Assembly (NCBI GenBank): GCA_030390025.1
Contig: CM059433.1
Coordinates: 15,998,001-16,062,000, forward strand
DNA: 64,000 nt
Source of the DNA: Squalus acanthias
Lineage: Eukaryota
Direction: 5' to 3'
Part shown: positions 22,443 through 34,943 of the stretch, one piece after another
Position numbering within the stretch: the first letter of the stretch is position 1
Layout of the letters: each line of letters begins with the position of its first letter
Notes under the pieces: model-generated
What the model saw: the letters and a program-made list of their open reading frames with translations, nothing else
What the model was told of the DNA's origin: nothing
Databases searched by the model: none
Translations under genes and position numbers: made by a program

Positions 22443-25400
22443 GGGAACTGCGAGGAGTCGGCGGTAGAGGCGGCAGAGAATCATAGAAACATAGAAGATA
22501 GGAGCAGGAGTAGGCCATTCGGCCCCTCGAGCCTGCTCCGCCATTCAATGAGATCATGGCTGATCATCCAAATTCAGTACCCTGTCTCTGCCTTCTCCCC
22601 ATATCCCTTGATCCCTTTAGCCTTAAGAAATATATCTAACTCATTCTTGAATATATTTATTGAGTTGGCCTCAACTGCCTTCTGTGGTAGAGAATTCCAC
22701 AGGTTCACCACTCTTTGGGTGAAGAAATTCCTCCTCATCTCTGTCCTAAATGGCTTACCCCTTATCCTTAGACTGTGACCCCTGGTTCTGGACTCCCCGC
22801 CAATCAGGAACATCCTTCCTGCATCTAGTCTGTCTAGTCCTGTTAGAATTTTATAAGTTTCAATGAGATCCCCTCTCATTCTTCTAAACTCTGGCGAATA
22901 CAAGCTCAATCGTCCCAATCTCTCTTCATACGTCATTCCTGCCATCCCAGGTATCAGTCTGGTGAATCTTCGCTGCACTCCCTCCATGGCAAGAACATCC
23001 TTCCTCAGATAAGGTGACCAAAACTGCGCACAATACTCAAGATGTGGTCTCACCAAGGCTCTGTACAACTGCAGCAAGACATCCTTGTTCCTGTACTCGA
23101 ACCCGCTCGCTACGAAGGCCAACATACCATTTGCCTTCTTAACCGCCTGCTGCACTTGCATGCTTACCTTCAGCGACTGGTGCACAAGGACACCCAGGTC
23201 TCGTTGCACTTCCCCTTCTCCCAATCTATTGCCGTTCAGATAATAATCTGCCTTCCTGTTTTTGACACCAAAGTGGATAACCTCGCATTTATCCACATTG
23301 TACTGCATTTGCCATGCATCTGCCCAATCACCCAACCTATCCAAATCATACTGGAGTTTCTCGGCATCCTCCTCACAGCACACACGCCCACCCAGCTTTG
23401 TGTCGTCTGGAAACTTGGAGATATTACATCTAGTTCCCTCGTCTAGATCATTAATATATATTGTGAATAGCTGGGGTCCTAGGACCGATCCCTGCGGTAC
23501 CCCACTTGTCACTGCCTGCCACTCGGAAAAAGACCTGTTTATTCCAACTCTTTGCTTCCTGTCTGCCAACCAGTTCTCTATCCAAGTCAGTACCCTGCCC
23601 CCAATCCCATGTGCCTTAACTTTACACGCTAATCTCTTATGCGGGACCTTATTGAAAGCCTTCTGAAAGTCCAAATACACCACATCCACTGGTTCTCCCT
23701 TATCTATTTTACCAGTTACATCCTCAAAAAATTCCAGTAGATTAGTCAAGCACGATTTACCTTTTGTAAATCTATGTTGACTTTGACCGATCCTGTCACT
23801 GTTTTCCAAGTGCTCTGCTATTACATCTTTTATAATGGACTCCAGCATTTTCCCCACTACCGATGTCAGGCTTACCGGTCTATAATTCCCCGTTTTCTCT
23901 CTACCACCTTTTTTGAATAGTGGGGTAACATTAGCTACCCTCCAATCCATGGGATTGTACCCGAGTACAGCGCGGACCTGCGAGAAGTCGGCGAAAGAGG
24001 CGACTAATAAAGAGACCGGGACCCGAAGACAGCGAGGACCTGCGAGGGGGGGCGGGGAAATCAAAGTGTGACGTCACAGGATAGCAGGTAAGTGATTGGT
24101 TGGTGAGTAATTCTCTCTTTTTTCTAAACTTGGGCTTTGGTTTAAATTAAGAGCCGGGATTAAAAACTAAACATGGATAATTGATATTTCAAAACTTGAA
24201 AACCTAATTAATTAAATAAAATATAAAAGAGATGGCAGGGCAGGCGATGTGTGGCAGCTGTTGCATGTGGGAGCTGGTGGACACCAGTGTGATCCACGGC
24301 AACCACATCTGCAGTAAGTGTTGGCGGCTCGAGGAACTTCAGCTCAGAGTTGATGAGCTGGAGTCCGAGCTTCGGACACTGCGATACATCAGGCAGGGGG
24401 AGAGTTACTTGGACACTGTGTTCCAGGAGGTAGTCACACCCCTTAGGTTAAATAATTCAAATTTGGTCCGTTGTCAGGGACAGGAGGGGTTTGACTACGA
24501 GTGAGGCAGGTATGGGGATCCAGAAGGTAGCATTGGAGGAGCCTCAGCCCTTGCACTTGTCCAACAGGTTCGAGGTTCTTACTCCCTGTGTAGACGAGAG
24601 CAGGGACTGCAGGGAGGATGAGCAAACTGACCACAGCACTGTGGTACAGGGGGCCATTCAAGTTGGGGGAGTAAAAAGACATGCAGTAGTGGTAGGGGAC
24701 TGTATAGTTAGGGGGATAGATACTGTTCTCTGCAGCCGAAAGCGTGAGTCCCGAAGGCTATGTTGCCTGCCCGATGCCAGGGTTAAGGACATCTCTGAGC
24801 TGGAAAGGAACTTGGAGTGGGAGGGGAAAGATCCAGTTGTCGTGGTCCACGTAGGTACCAATGACATAGGTAGAACAGAGAAAGAGGTTCTGCTGAGGGA
24901 GTATGAGCAGCTAGGGGCTAAATTAAAAAGCAGAACCACAAAGGTAATAATCTCTGGATTACTACCTGAGCCACGAGCAAATTTGCATTGGGTAAATAAG
25001 ATCAGAGAGATGCACGTGTGGCTCAAAGACTGGTGTGGGAGAAATGGGTTTTCATTCATGGGGCACTGGCACCAGTACTGGGATAAGAGGGAGCTGTTCC
25101 GCTGGGATGGGCTTCACTTGAACCATGCTGGGACTAGTGTCCTGGCAAATCGAATAACTAGGGCTGTAGTGAGGGCTTTAAACTAAATAGTGGAGGGGAG
25201 GGCTCAGGTGAGCGGGAATTTAAAAAGTTAAAGAGAAAAGAGAAGGCAATAGAGCAGGGTAGCGATGGGGATAATGGTAACCAGAGTGTGTGATAGGAAG
25301 AGACAGAATGTATAAAAATAAGAGTGCATCAGAAAGTGGGGTCAAAGCACGGAAAAATAGTAATAAGACAAAATTAAAAGCTCTTTATCTGAATGCACGC

Positions 25401-28252
25401 AGCATTCGTAACAAGATAGATGAGTTGACGGCACAAATAGATATAAATGGGCATGATCTGATAGCCATTACAGAGACGTGGTTGCAAGGTGACCAAGGCT
25501 GGGAACTGAATATTCAGGGGTATTTGACATTTCGGAAGGATAGACAGAAAGGAAAAAGAGGTGGGGTAGCTCTGTTAATAAAGGATGAGATCAGTGCAGT
25601 AGTGAGAAATGATATTGGCTCAGAAGAGCAAGATGTAGAATCAGTTTGGGTGGAGATAAGAAATAATAAGGGAAAGAAGTCACTGGTGGGCATAGTCTAT
25701 AGGCCCCCTAACAGTAGCTACACTGTTGGACAGAATATAAATCAAGAAATAATGAAGGCTTGTAAGAAAGGTACAGCAATAATCATGGGCGATTTTAATT
25801 TTCATATTGATTGGACAAATCAAATTGGCCAAGGTAGCCTCGAGGAAGAGTTCATAGAATGTATCCGGGATGGTTTCCTAGAACAATATGTTGTGGAACC
25901 AACCAGGGAGCAGGCTATCTTAGATCTGGTACTGTGTAATGAGACAGGATTAATAAATGATCTCATCATAAAGGATCCTCTAGGAAAGTGTGATCATAGC
26001 ATGGTTGAATTTCAAATTCAATTGGAGGGTGAGAAAGTTGGGTCTCAAACCAGTGTCCTGATCTTAAATAAAGGCAATTACAAAGGTATGAAGGCAGAGT
26101 TGGCTAAAGTGGACTGGAAAAATGGATTAAAGGGTAAGACGGTTGATAAGCAATGGCAGATATTTAAGGAGATATTTCATAACTCTCAACAAAAATATAT
26201 TCCAGTGAGAAGGAAAGACTTTAAGAGAAGGGAGAACCATCTGTGGCTAACTAAGGAAGTAAAGGATGGTATCAAATTGAAAACAAAGGCATACAATGTT
26301 ACCAAGATTAGTGGAAGGCCAGAGAATTGGGAAATTTTCAAAAACCAGCAAAGGACGACTAAAAAAATAATAAAGAGAGAGAAGATGGATTATGAGAGTA
26401 AACTAGCAAGAAATATAAAAACAGATAGTAAGAGCTTCTACAGGTATATAAAAAGAAAGAGAGTAGCTAAAGTAAACATTGGTCCCTTAGAGGATGAGAC
26501 TGGGGAATTAATAATGGGGAACAGGGAAATGGCAGAGACTTTGAACAAATATTTTGTATCTGTCTTCACAGTAGAAGACACTAAAACCATCCCAATAACA
26601 CATAATCAAGGGGCTATAGGGAGGGGGGAACTTAAAACAATCACTATCACTAAAGAAAAAGTACTCGGTAAGATAATGGGACTAAAGGTGGACAAGTCCC
26701 CTGAACCTGGTGGCCTGCATCCTAGGGTATTAAAAGAAGTGGCTGCAGAGATAGTGGATGCATTGGTTGCAATCTACCAAAATTCCCTGGATTCTGGAGA
26801 GGTCCCAGCGGATTGGAAAACCACAAATGTAACGCTCCTATTTAAGAAGGGAGGGAGATAGAAAGCAGGAAACTATAGACCAGTTAGCCTAACATCTGTC
26901 ATTGGGAAAATGCTGGAGTCCATTATTAAGGAAGCAGTAGCAGGACATTTAGAAAATCATAATACAGTCAAGCAGAGTCAGCATGATTTTATGAAAGGGA
27001 AATCATGTTTCACAAATTTGCTGGAGTTCTTTGAGGATGTAACGAGTAGGGTGGATAAAGGGGAACCAGTGGATGTGGTGTATTTGGATTTCCAGAAGGC
27101 ATTCAATAAGGTGCCACATAAAAGGTTACTGCACAAGATAAGAGCTCACGGGGTTGGGGTAATATATTAGCATGGATAGAGGATTGGCTAACCAGCAGAA
27201 AACAGAGAGTCGGGATAAATGGGTCATTTTCCGGTTGGCAAACTGTAACTAGTGGGGTGCCGCAGGGATCAGTGCTAGGGCCTCAACTATTTACAATCTA
27301 TATTAATGACTTGGATGAAAGGACCGAATGTAATGTAGCCAAATTTGCTGATGATACAAAGATAGGTGGGAAAGCAAGTTGTGAAGAGGACACAAAGAAT
27401 CTGCAAAGGGATATAGACAGGCTAAGTGAGTGGGCAAACATTTGGCAGATGGAGTATAATGTGGGAAAGTGTAAGGTTATCCACTTTGGTAAGAAAAATA
27501 AAAGAGCAAATTATTACTCAAATGGAGATTACAAAATGCTGCAGTACAGAGGGACCTGGGGGTCCTTGTGCATGAAACACAAAAAGTTAGCATGAAGGTA
27601 CAGCAAGTAATCAGGACGGCAAATGGAATGTTGGCCTTTATTGCAAGGGGGCTGGAGTATAAAAGCAGGGAAGTCCTGCTACAACTGTACAGGGTATTGG
27701 TGAGACCACACCTGGAGTACTGTGTACAGTTTTGGTCTCCTTAGTTAAGGAGAGATATACTTGCATTGGAGGCAGTTCAGAGAAGGTTCACGATGTTGAT
27801 TCCTGAGATGAAGGGGTTGACTTATGAGGAAAGGTTGAGCAGGTTGGGCCTATACTCATTAGAGTTTAGAAGAATGAGAGGTGATCTTATTGAAACATAT
27901 AAGATACTGAGGGGGCTCGACAAGGTAGATGCAGAGAAGATGTTTCCCCTCATGGGGGAATCTAGAACTAGGGGGCATAGTTTCAGAATAAGGGGTCACC
28001 CATTTAAAACTGAGATGAGGAGGAATTTCTTCTCTCAGAGGGTCTTAAATCTGTGGAATTCTCTGCCCCAGAGAGGTGTGGAGGCTGGGTCATTGAATAT
28101 ATTTAAGGTGGAGCTAGACAGATATTTGAACAATAAGGGAGTGATGGCAGGGAAATGGAGCTGAGCCCAAGATCAGATCAGCCATGATCTCATTAAATGA
28201 CAGAGCAGGCTCGAGGGGCCAAATGGCCTACTCCTGCTCCTATTTCTTATGT
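22443..28252 (+). mobile_element. Full-length CR1 LINE, subfamily B (5' UTR interrupted by the element at 22482-23957)
   Basis: ORF1 24232-25186 (CGSC...CSKC, SGNH esterase), ORF2 25290-28164 (FADD) with stops and frameshifts, CR1 tail. Confidence 0.93.
22482..23957 (-). mobile_element. 5'-truncated CR1, subfamily A, open RT/C-terminal frame
   Basis: ORF 22574-24064 from PMDWRVANV onward nearly identical to 12725-14093; tail at 22482. Confidence 0.95.
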
Positions 28253-28970
28253 TGTTATCAGTCACTCATGCAATCTAAATGAGAGGGTTGCAAATCTATT
28301 CTGTCACCAGCTTGCTCTACTGCGCCCGTCTCTCCGTCCCCCACTTCCAGCTCCTCAGCACCACCGACGATGTCGAGAGCAGCCTCCTCAGTGGTAGTTA
28401 AATGTGCCGTGGAAGGTGGTCCTCCTCCTGTCCTCCCTCTCTCACTCTTATTGTGGGCTCTCTTTTCCTGCAATGAGGGACACAAGTGGAGTTTGAGTGA
28501 GAATGTTGGAGTGAGTGTAGAGAATCCATAGCATAGATGCTTAGAGGGAGACAAAGATGGAGTGAGGTGCCAATACCAAGGGCCCTCCCTGTGCGTTGTT
28601 AGTTGTTGTCATTGCATAACAGTGAGAGCGAGTGTGAGGGGTGCATAGTAGAATGGTGAAGTGATTTTGTACATAGAGAGAGAGGGATGGTTAAGGGTGC
28701 AAAGGATGTAAGGGTAAATTGGGATGTGCAGGAGTAGGTTGACAATGTAGAGTGTTGGTGATGAGAGGAGATGGGGAGCAGATTGAAGGTAATTGTGATG
28801 TTATACTCACTTTTGCTGAGCGTAGCAGATCATTGAATCTTTTGTGGCACTGAACCCAGGTGCGACCACACAAAGACCTGGCGCTCACCTCCTCAGCAAT
28901 TTGCAGCCAGGCTGCCTTGGCTTGCTGAGGAGGCTTTCTCGGTCCATTTGAGGGATACAGAACCTCTTTG

Positions 28971-30238
28971 GGGGTAATATTCTGGCATGGATAGAGGATT
29001 GGCTATCTAACAGAAAGCAAAGAGTTGGGATAAATGGTTCATTCTCAGACTGGCAATCAGTAACTAGTGGTGTTCCACAGGGGTCAGTGCTGGGTCCCCA
29101 ACTCTTCACAATCTATATTAACGATTTGGAGGAAGGGACCAAGTGTAACATATCAAAATTTGCAGATGATACAAAGATGGGAGGGAAAGTAGTGAGTGAG
29201 GAGGACATAAAAAACCTGCAAGGGGACATAGACAGGCTAAGTAAGTGGGCAGAGATTTGGCAGATGGCATACAACACTGGAAAGTGTGAGGTGATGCACT
29301 TTGGCAGGAAAAATCCTAGAGCAATTTATTATCTTAATGGCAAGAAACTGGAGAGTACTGAAGTGCAAAGGGATCTGGGGGTCCTGGTGCACGAAACTCA
29401 AAAGGTTAGTATTCAGGTGCAGCAAGTGATTAAGAAGGCAAATGGAATGTTGGCTTTCATTGCTAGGGGGATAGAATATAAAAATAGGGAGGTATTGCTT
29501 CAGTTGTACAAGGTATTGGTGAGACCGCACCTGGAATACTGCATACAGTTTTGGTGTCCTTACTTAAGGAAAGACATCCTTGCTCTCGAGGCAGTGCAAA
29601 AAAGGTTCACTCGGTTAATCCCGGGGATGAGGGGGTGGTCATATGAGGAGAGGTTGGGTAGATTGGGACTCTACTCATTGGAGTTCAGAAGAATGAGAGG
29701 CGATCTTATTGAAACATATAAGATTGTGAAGGGGTTGGATCGGGTGGATGCGGGGAGGATGTTCCCGATGACGGGTGAGACGAGAACTAGGGGACATAGT
29801 CTTAGAATAAGGGGCTGCTCTTTCAAAACTGAGATGAGGAGGAACTACTTCACTCAGAGGGTGGTAGGTCCATGGAATATGCTGCCACAAAAAGCTGTAG
29901 AAGCTACAACATTAATTAAATTTAAAACAGAAATAGACAGTTTCCTAGAAGTAAAGGGCATTAAGGGTTACGGGGAGCAGGCAGGAATTTGGACATGAGT
30001 CTAGGTTCGGATCGGTCATGGCCCTGTGGGTAGTGGAGCGGGCCCAGGGACTGTGTAGCCTGATTCTGCTCCTATTTCGTGTGTGCAATTCTGTTAGATG
30101 CAGGAGATGGTTCTGTGATAGATAGTAGATTGGCGGTTAGGATCAGATCAGCCATGATCTTATTGAATGGCGGAGCAGGCTCGAGGGGCCGATTGGCCTA
30201 CTCCTGCTCCTATTTCTTATGTTCTTATGTTCTTATGT
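28971..30238 (+). mobile_element. 5'-truncated CR1, third subfamily, in Myb exon 1
   Basis: 303-aa RT C-half with FADD; (TCTTATGT)3 tail; TTTG at both junctions. Confidence 0.93.
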
Positions 30239-30592
30239 TTGCGCCCTTTAACTCCCTCCACAAGAGCATGGAGGGAGTCATCATCGAATCTTGGAGAGAC
30301 CTTTGATCGTAAAGCTGTCATCTCGCTATCTGCCACAATGAGAAGCATCAGAAAATGAATGAAAAACCACAAGGCTGCATGGGCCCCTTAAATGCAGCTG
30401 GATGGAAGATGTCAGCAGAGGCGAGCAGCAGACCCGAGCCCACTGATTGAGCCGGGTAGCGCGCACGACGGGCTTAATAAGCCTAGTTAAGGGAAAATCG
30501 TTATCTCAGTGCGGCTGAAACCGGCAGCGGTTCCGGAACCCGCTGAACAGCCAACCCGACTCCAACCCGCCGCCGATGGTAAAATCGCGGCC

Positions 30593-32627
30593 GACATCCT
30601 CACTAAAATCTGCCACCTGCTGCAGCCACAACTGCAACCTCGGAGCAGGGTGAGGACTGCATTGCCAGTGGCTGTGAAGATGATCGTGGTCATGAACTTT
30701 TATGCGTTGAACTACTTCCAGGCTGAAGCTGGAGGTATTTGTAACATCTCCCAGTTTGCCGCCCACTGTTGCATAAGGGAGGTCACTGAGGCTCTGTATT
30801 CCAAGAGAGCTGAATACATTTCATTCTCTCTTGCCAGAGACCAACAGGCAGAGAAAGCACACGGCTTCACGAGGATTGCAGGCTTCCCCCTGGTGCAGGG
30901 TGCCATTGACTGCACGCACGTTGCTTTGCGGGCGCTGCGTGTCAATTCTGAGATGTAATGCAACCGAAAAGGATTCCACTCCCTCAGCGTCCAGCTGGTG
31001 TGTGACCATTCGCAGCGAATCATGCAGGTCAGTGCTCGGTATCCTGGCGACAGTCATGATGCCTTCATTCTGCGGCAGTCCGCTGTACCATCTGTATTTG
31101 AGCCGCCACAACAAACCGAAGGGTGCTACAGGGCAACAAGACCTATCCGTCGATGATGTGGTTCATGACTCCGGTGCGCAGCTCACGCACACGTGGGCAG
31201 CATGCATACAACGAAAGCCATCTGGGCTGGCTGGCTGACAGGCAACAGCGAGGGCACTGGCGGAGTGGCAGGGGTGGTAGGATGAATGCTGTCATCCTTA
31301 GAGTGGGGTGACGCCTCAGCAATCCTAGCAATCTGTTAGAGGACAGATTGCTGGACTGCAGTGATACCCTGCAAGCCTCTGTATCCACAGCCATGATGGC
31401 AGCAGTCTGAACTTGTATGTCAGCAAGCTGACCTTGCATGACAGAACACCGAGCTTCCACTGCAGCACTCAGACATTGGGTAGCTTTTGCTTGTGCTGCA
31501 ATGGAAGCCGAGTTATCAGCCATCAGACGCTGCATCATGGTTGGGTCCATGAGTGTGCGAATGGAATTGGCCACCACTTCCCTGTTGGAAAGGATGGGCT
31601 CCAAACTCTGTGCAAAGCCCTGTACCAAGTTAGTGCTGGACTCCTCCATACTCCTTGACATTGCACGCAGGCTTTCTGACAGGCTTGCCAATGCACCAAG
31701 CATTTCATTGTGCACACCTATCAGCCTTCTTCTGGTGCCCACCCCATCAAAGTCCTCATCTGAGTCTTCTGCAGTAGAACTCGTGTGCGACCTTGCTCTC
31801 CGGCGAGCTGGCACCTGTGCTGTCCTTGCCCCCTGCCCTGGCTGCAGGCCACTTGTGCCCGGTGTCTCACCACGTGCAGATCCCGCCTCTATGCTATCCT
31901 CTAAATTACACGCCTTGTCAGTTTTCTGAGCTGCGAGTCTGAAATCGAGAGACGGTGTTTCTTCATCATAACTGTCTTCTTCCTCTTCCACCTGTTGCTC
32001 TTCTACCACTGCCTGACCAGGTGGCAATTCTTGCATATCTGAAAGGAGAAAGGCACAAGGGTCGGGTTGCAGTGTGTGGAGGTGGGGGAGAAAGTAAGAG
32101 GTGCATGCTTACACCATCTGTAGCTTGTAAATCAGAGATTGTGGGATGAGGGGGGAAGTGGGATATGAGAAGGAGAATTAGATATGGGGATACTGCCACC
32201 TTCTATCGTTTCAGCCCCGCAGCTGTCCACGGGCTCAGCTATGACAGCTCCAATGATAGCGAGCACCGTCTCCTCCATGGGGTTAAGGACATGCAGCTGC
32301 GCCTGTCCCCCGTTGGGTAGCTCCTGCTGCCTCCGATTGTGCACCACCTTGTCCTGCAAAAGAGAGGGAAGCGCATCAGTGAGTGTGGTGCAATGTGTTT
32401 GGGTGACATGGCTGTCATGGTTGACTATCTGGCGGTGTGTGCAAACTGTGAGCTGTGGGTATGAGTCTTGCAGCAGTGCTAAGTGTGTGAGGGTGAGGCG
32501 AAACTATGAATGTTGGGTATGAGTCGTGATTGGTAGGTAAGTGATGGGGGTGTGGTACATTGAGCAGTGTGTCAGGCTAGTGGTGCACTTGGCGGGATAT
32601 GGCATTTGAAGATGATATCACTGACCG
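30593..32627 (+). mobile_element. Second Harbinger remnant: transposase pseudogene 30593-31220 (+), Myb exons 2-3 (-)
   Basis: ALPVAVK, GAIDCTHVAL, YPGDSHDAFIL; minus strand QDKVVHNRRQQE; homologous to 39129-40460. Confidence 0.85.
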
Positions 32628-32853
32628 TAATTATCCTATGATCTTGTCAAAATGCAAAACTTCTAATGTTTCAGAGAAATTTTAGTGACATTGAGAGCAA
32701 ATGTAGTAACCATGGTTATTATGCAACAAAATGTATTCATGACTCTAGCTTTAAATACATTTCTTCAAGAAAGACATATTGCTGCACTGTTACATTGTAC
32801 ATTGAGTTATTTCCATTTGTTGCTTGAGATGCTTTAGTATGTTTGCAGATCAT

Positions 32854-33090
32854 TGTGGTGAATAATCCCACAAGATGAAACTGACGTAAGAAAACTACTA
32901 GGCACTTGGTCTAAGTGTTAAACAAAGCTTTAATCAACTGTTTTACAACATGGAGATCTAGTTGTGTCCTTCACTAGTTCCTGTTGAGGAATGTCCTGCG
33001 CAAGCTGGGCCCGTGCCCGAGTATTTATACTCTCCCTGGACAGCGCCACCTGCAGGCCACTCAGTATTATTTCATAAGTCATGAATGACA
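32854..33090 (-). mobile_element. Probable solo LTR
   Basis: TGT...ACA termini, minus-strand TATAAATA followed by ATTAAA; no clean TSD. Confidence 0.5.
33041..33059 (-). promoter_or_regulatory. CTCF-like motif
   Basis: TGGCCTGCAGGTGGCGCTG versus consensus TGGCCACCAGGGGGCGCTA (15/19). Confidence 0.5.
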
Positions 33091-33921
33091 GATTCATGTC
33101 AGAAACCGACTGTGACTTTCAATTTAGTGGTCTGAGAAATGATAAAAGTAGAAGTTCACAATGATAGGGCATCTCTCCAAAATTGTTGCTTTTTCTCACA
33201 AGCACATTAAAGAGGAACTGTTTTTCAGTAAAATCATTCCTAAGTGCACTTGTGAACACACTGGTAACATTATTGATTTGGAACTAAATTAAGTCCTGCT
33301 GTTATCCAATCATAGCAATTCCCACTGCTGCTGGCTGTATGTCTTCATAACATTTACACGCAATAATAACAGAAATTATGGGTAGCAAACTCAAAATGCT
33401 ATTTCAGTTCATCACATTTGTCAAATAAGATTCTAGCTGAACAAAACCCAGTCACTCAACTATGAATACTTGCACTGTAAGTACTTATGTCAGACCTCCA
33501 TGTTTATTTCAAGTCCTTAACCTTCAAAATTGTTTCCGCAACTCCATGTTTGAACTCCTCCAATCAAGTTTCTGCCCTGCCACAGCACTGAAACGGCCCT
33601 TATCAAAGTCACAAATTACATCCTTTGTGACTGTGATCATGGTAAATCATCCCTCCTCATCCTTCTCGACCTGTCTGCAGCCTTTGACATGGTCGACCAC
33701 ACGATCCTCATCCAACGCCTCTCCTCCATTGTCCAGCTGGGTGGGACTGACCTCACTTGTTTCCATTCCTATCTAGCCAATCGTAGTCAGAGAATCACCT
33801 GCAATGGCTTCCCTTCCCACTCCCGCACATTACCTCTGGAGTCCCCCAAGGATCTCTCTTTGGCCCCCTCCTATTTTTCATTTACATGCTGCCCCTCGGC
33901 GACATCATCCGAAAACACAAT

Positions 33922-34620
33922 GGCCCGTATTTTCCGATGCCTACGGGTGTGTGCGAGCTGTGTGCACACCAGTAGGGTCATCGGAAATGCTGGCGCATGA
34001 GCTGAAAACCGACGCCTGCCCTGGAGAAGGGCCTCTGTGGGAGTAGAGTTCCGCTTTCTGCAGAACCTCCGCCCGCTGAAAACCCTTAGAAATCTTACGC
34101 CTGGTAAAAGCAGGCATGCTTTTACCAGCATAAGAGTTTTAAAAAGTTTTTAAAAAATGTCTTTTCACTCATTTATAATTTTAAAATACTTTTAAAAAAG
34201 GTAAGTTTATTTTTAGCCAGTAAAAAACTTTAATTATTTTTTCAAAAAATTTAATTTTTGTTTAAAATATTTAATTTAATGTAATTTTAACTCATTTTAA
34301 AAACGTGATGGTTTTTTAAAAATTTATTTAATGTTTTAGTGTCTTTTTGGAGTGATCTCCATTCATACTTTTGACAGGTCTATCTGTCAAAAGTATGAAG
34401 GGAGATTCCCTTCTTTCATTGGCTGGCCTGGCCCACGTGATCCCAGGGACGCTTGTGAACCGCCTGCGCCCCTGGGATACGTGGGCCCTGCACTTTTCGA
34501 CTGTGGAGAGGCCCAGCATCGGAAGTGTCCGGACCTCGGGAGCCCTCAGGTAAGAGCGTAGATTTTTTTCCGATAGGAGACAGCCGCACGCAGGCAGCCT
34601 GCAATCGGAAATTACGGGCC
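33922..34620. mobile_element. Harbinger-type MITE (GC arms, AT core)
   Basis: TIR GGCCCGTATTTTCCGAT / ATCGGAAATTACGGGCC; TSD AAT; removal restores the L2 reading frame. Confidence 0.9.
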
Positions 34621-34943
34621 AATGTCAGAGTCCACACATATGCTGGCGACACCCAGCTCTACCTCATCACCACCTCCTCAACCCCTCCACTGCCTCTGTG
34701 TTGTAACGCTGTTTGTCCCACATCCAGTATTGGATGAAGAGAAATTTCCTCCAATTAAATATTGGGAAGACCAAAGCCATTGTCTTCGGACTTCACCACA
34801 AACTCCAATCCCAACTCCAATCCCACTGTCTGAGGCTGAACCAGACTGTTCGAAGCTCAGCCTCCTATTTGACCCTGAACCTAAGCATTCGACCCCTTAT
34901 CCTTTCCATTACTAAGAGCACCTACATCCACCTCCGTAACATC

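Larger units (their letters stand above)
21336..30321 (-). pseudogene. Harbinger Myb/SANT-like DNA-binding protein gene: exon 1 30321-28811 (split by CR1), exon 2 28467-28308, exon 3 22333-21336
   Basis: MTALRSKVSPRFDDDSLHALVEGVKGRKEVLYP...RTWVQCHKRFNDLLRSAK|EKRAHNKSERGRTGGGPP...EQA|GPSRAP...; GT-AG introns in phase; C-terminal RKRK; frameshifts in exon 3. Confidence 0.85.
19940..30592 (+). mobile_element. Two-gene PIF/Harbinger transposon interrupted by three CR1 insertions; left end lost
   Basis: Convergent transposase (+) and spliced Myb/SANT gene (-); right TIR AAAATCGCGGCC ends at 30592. Confidence 0.88.
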
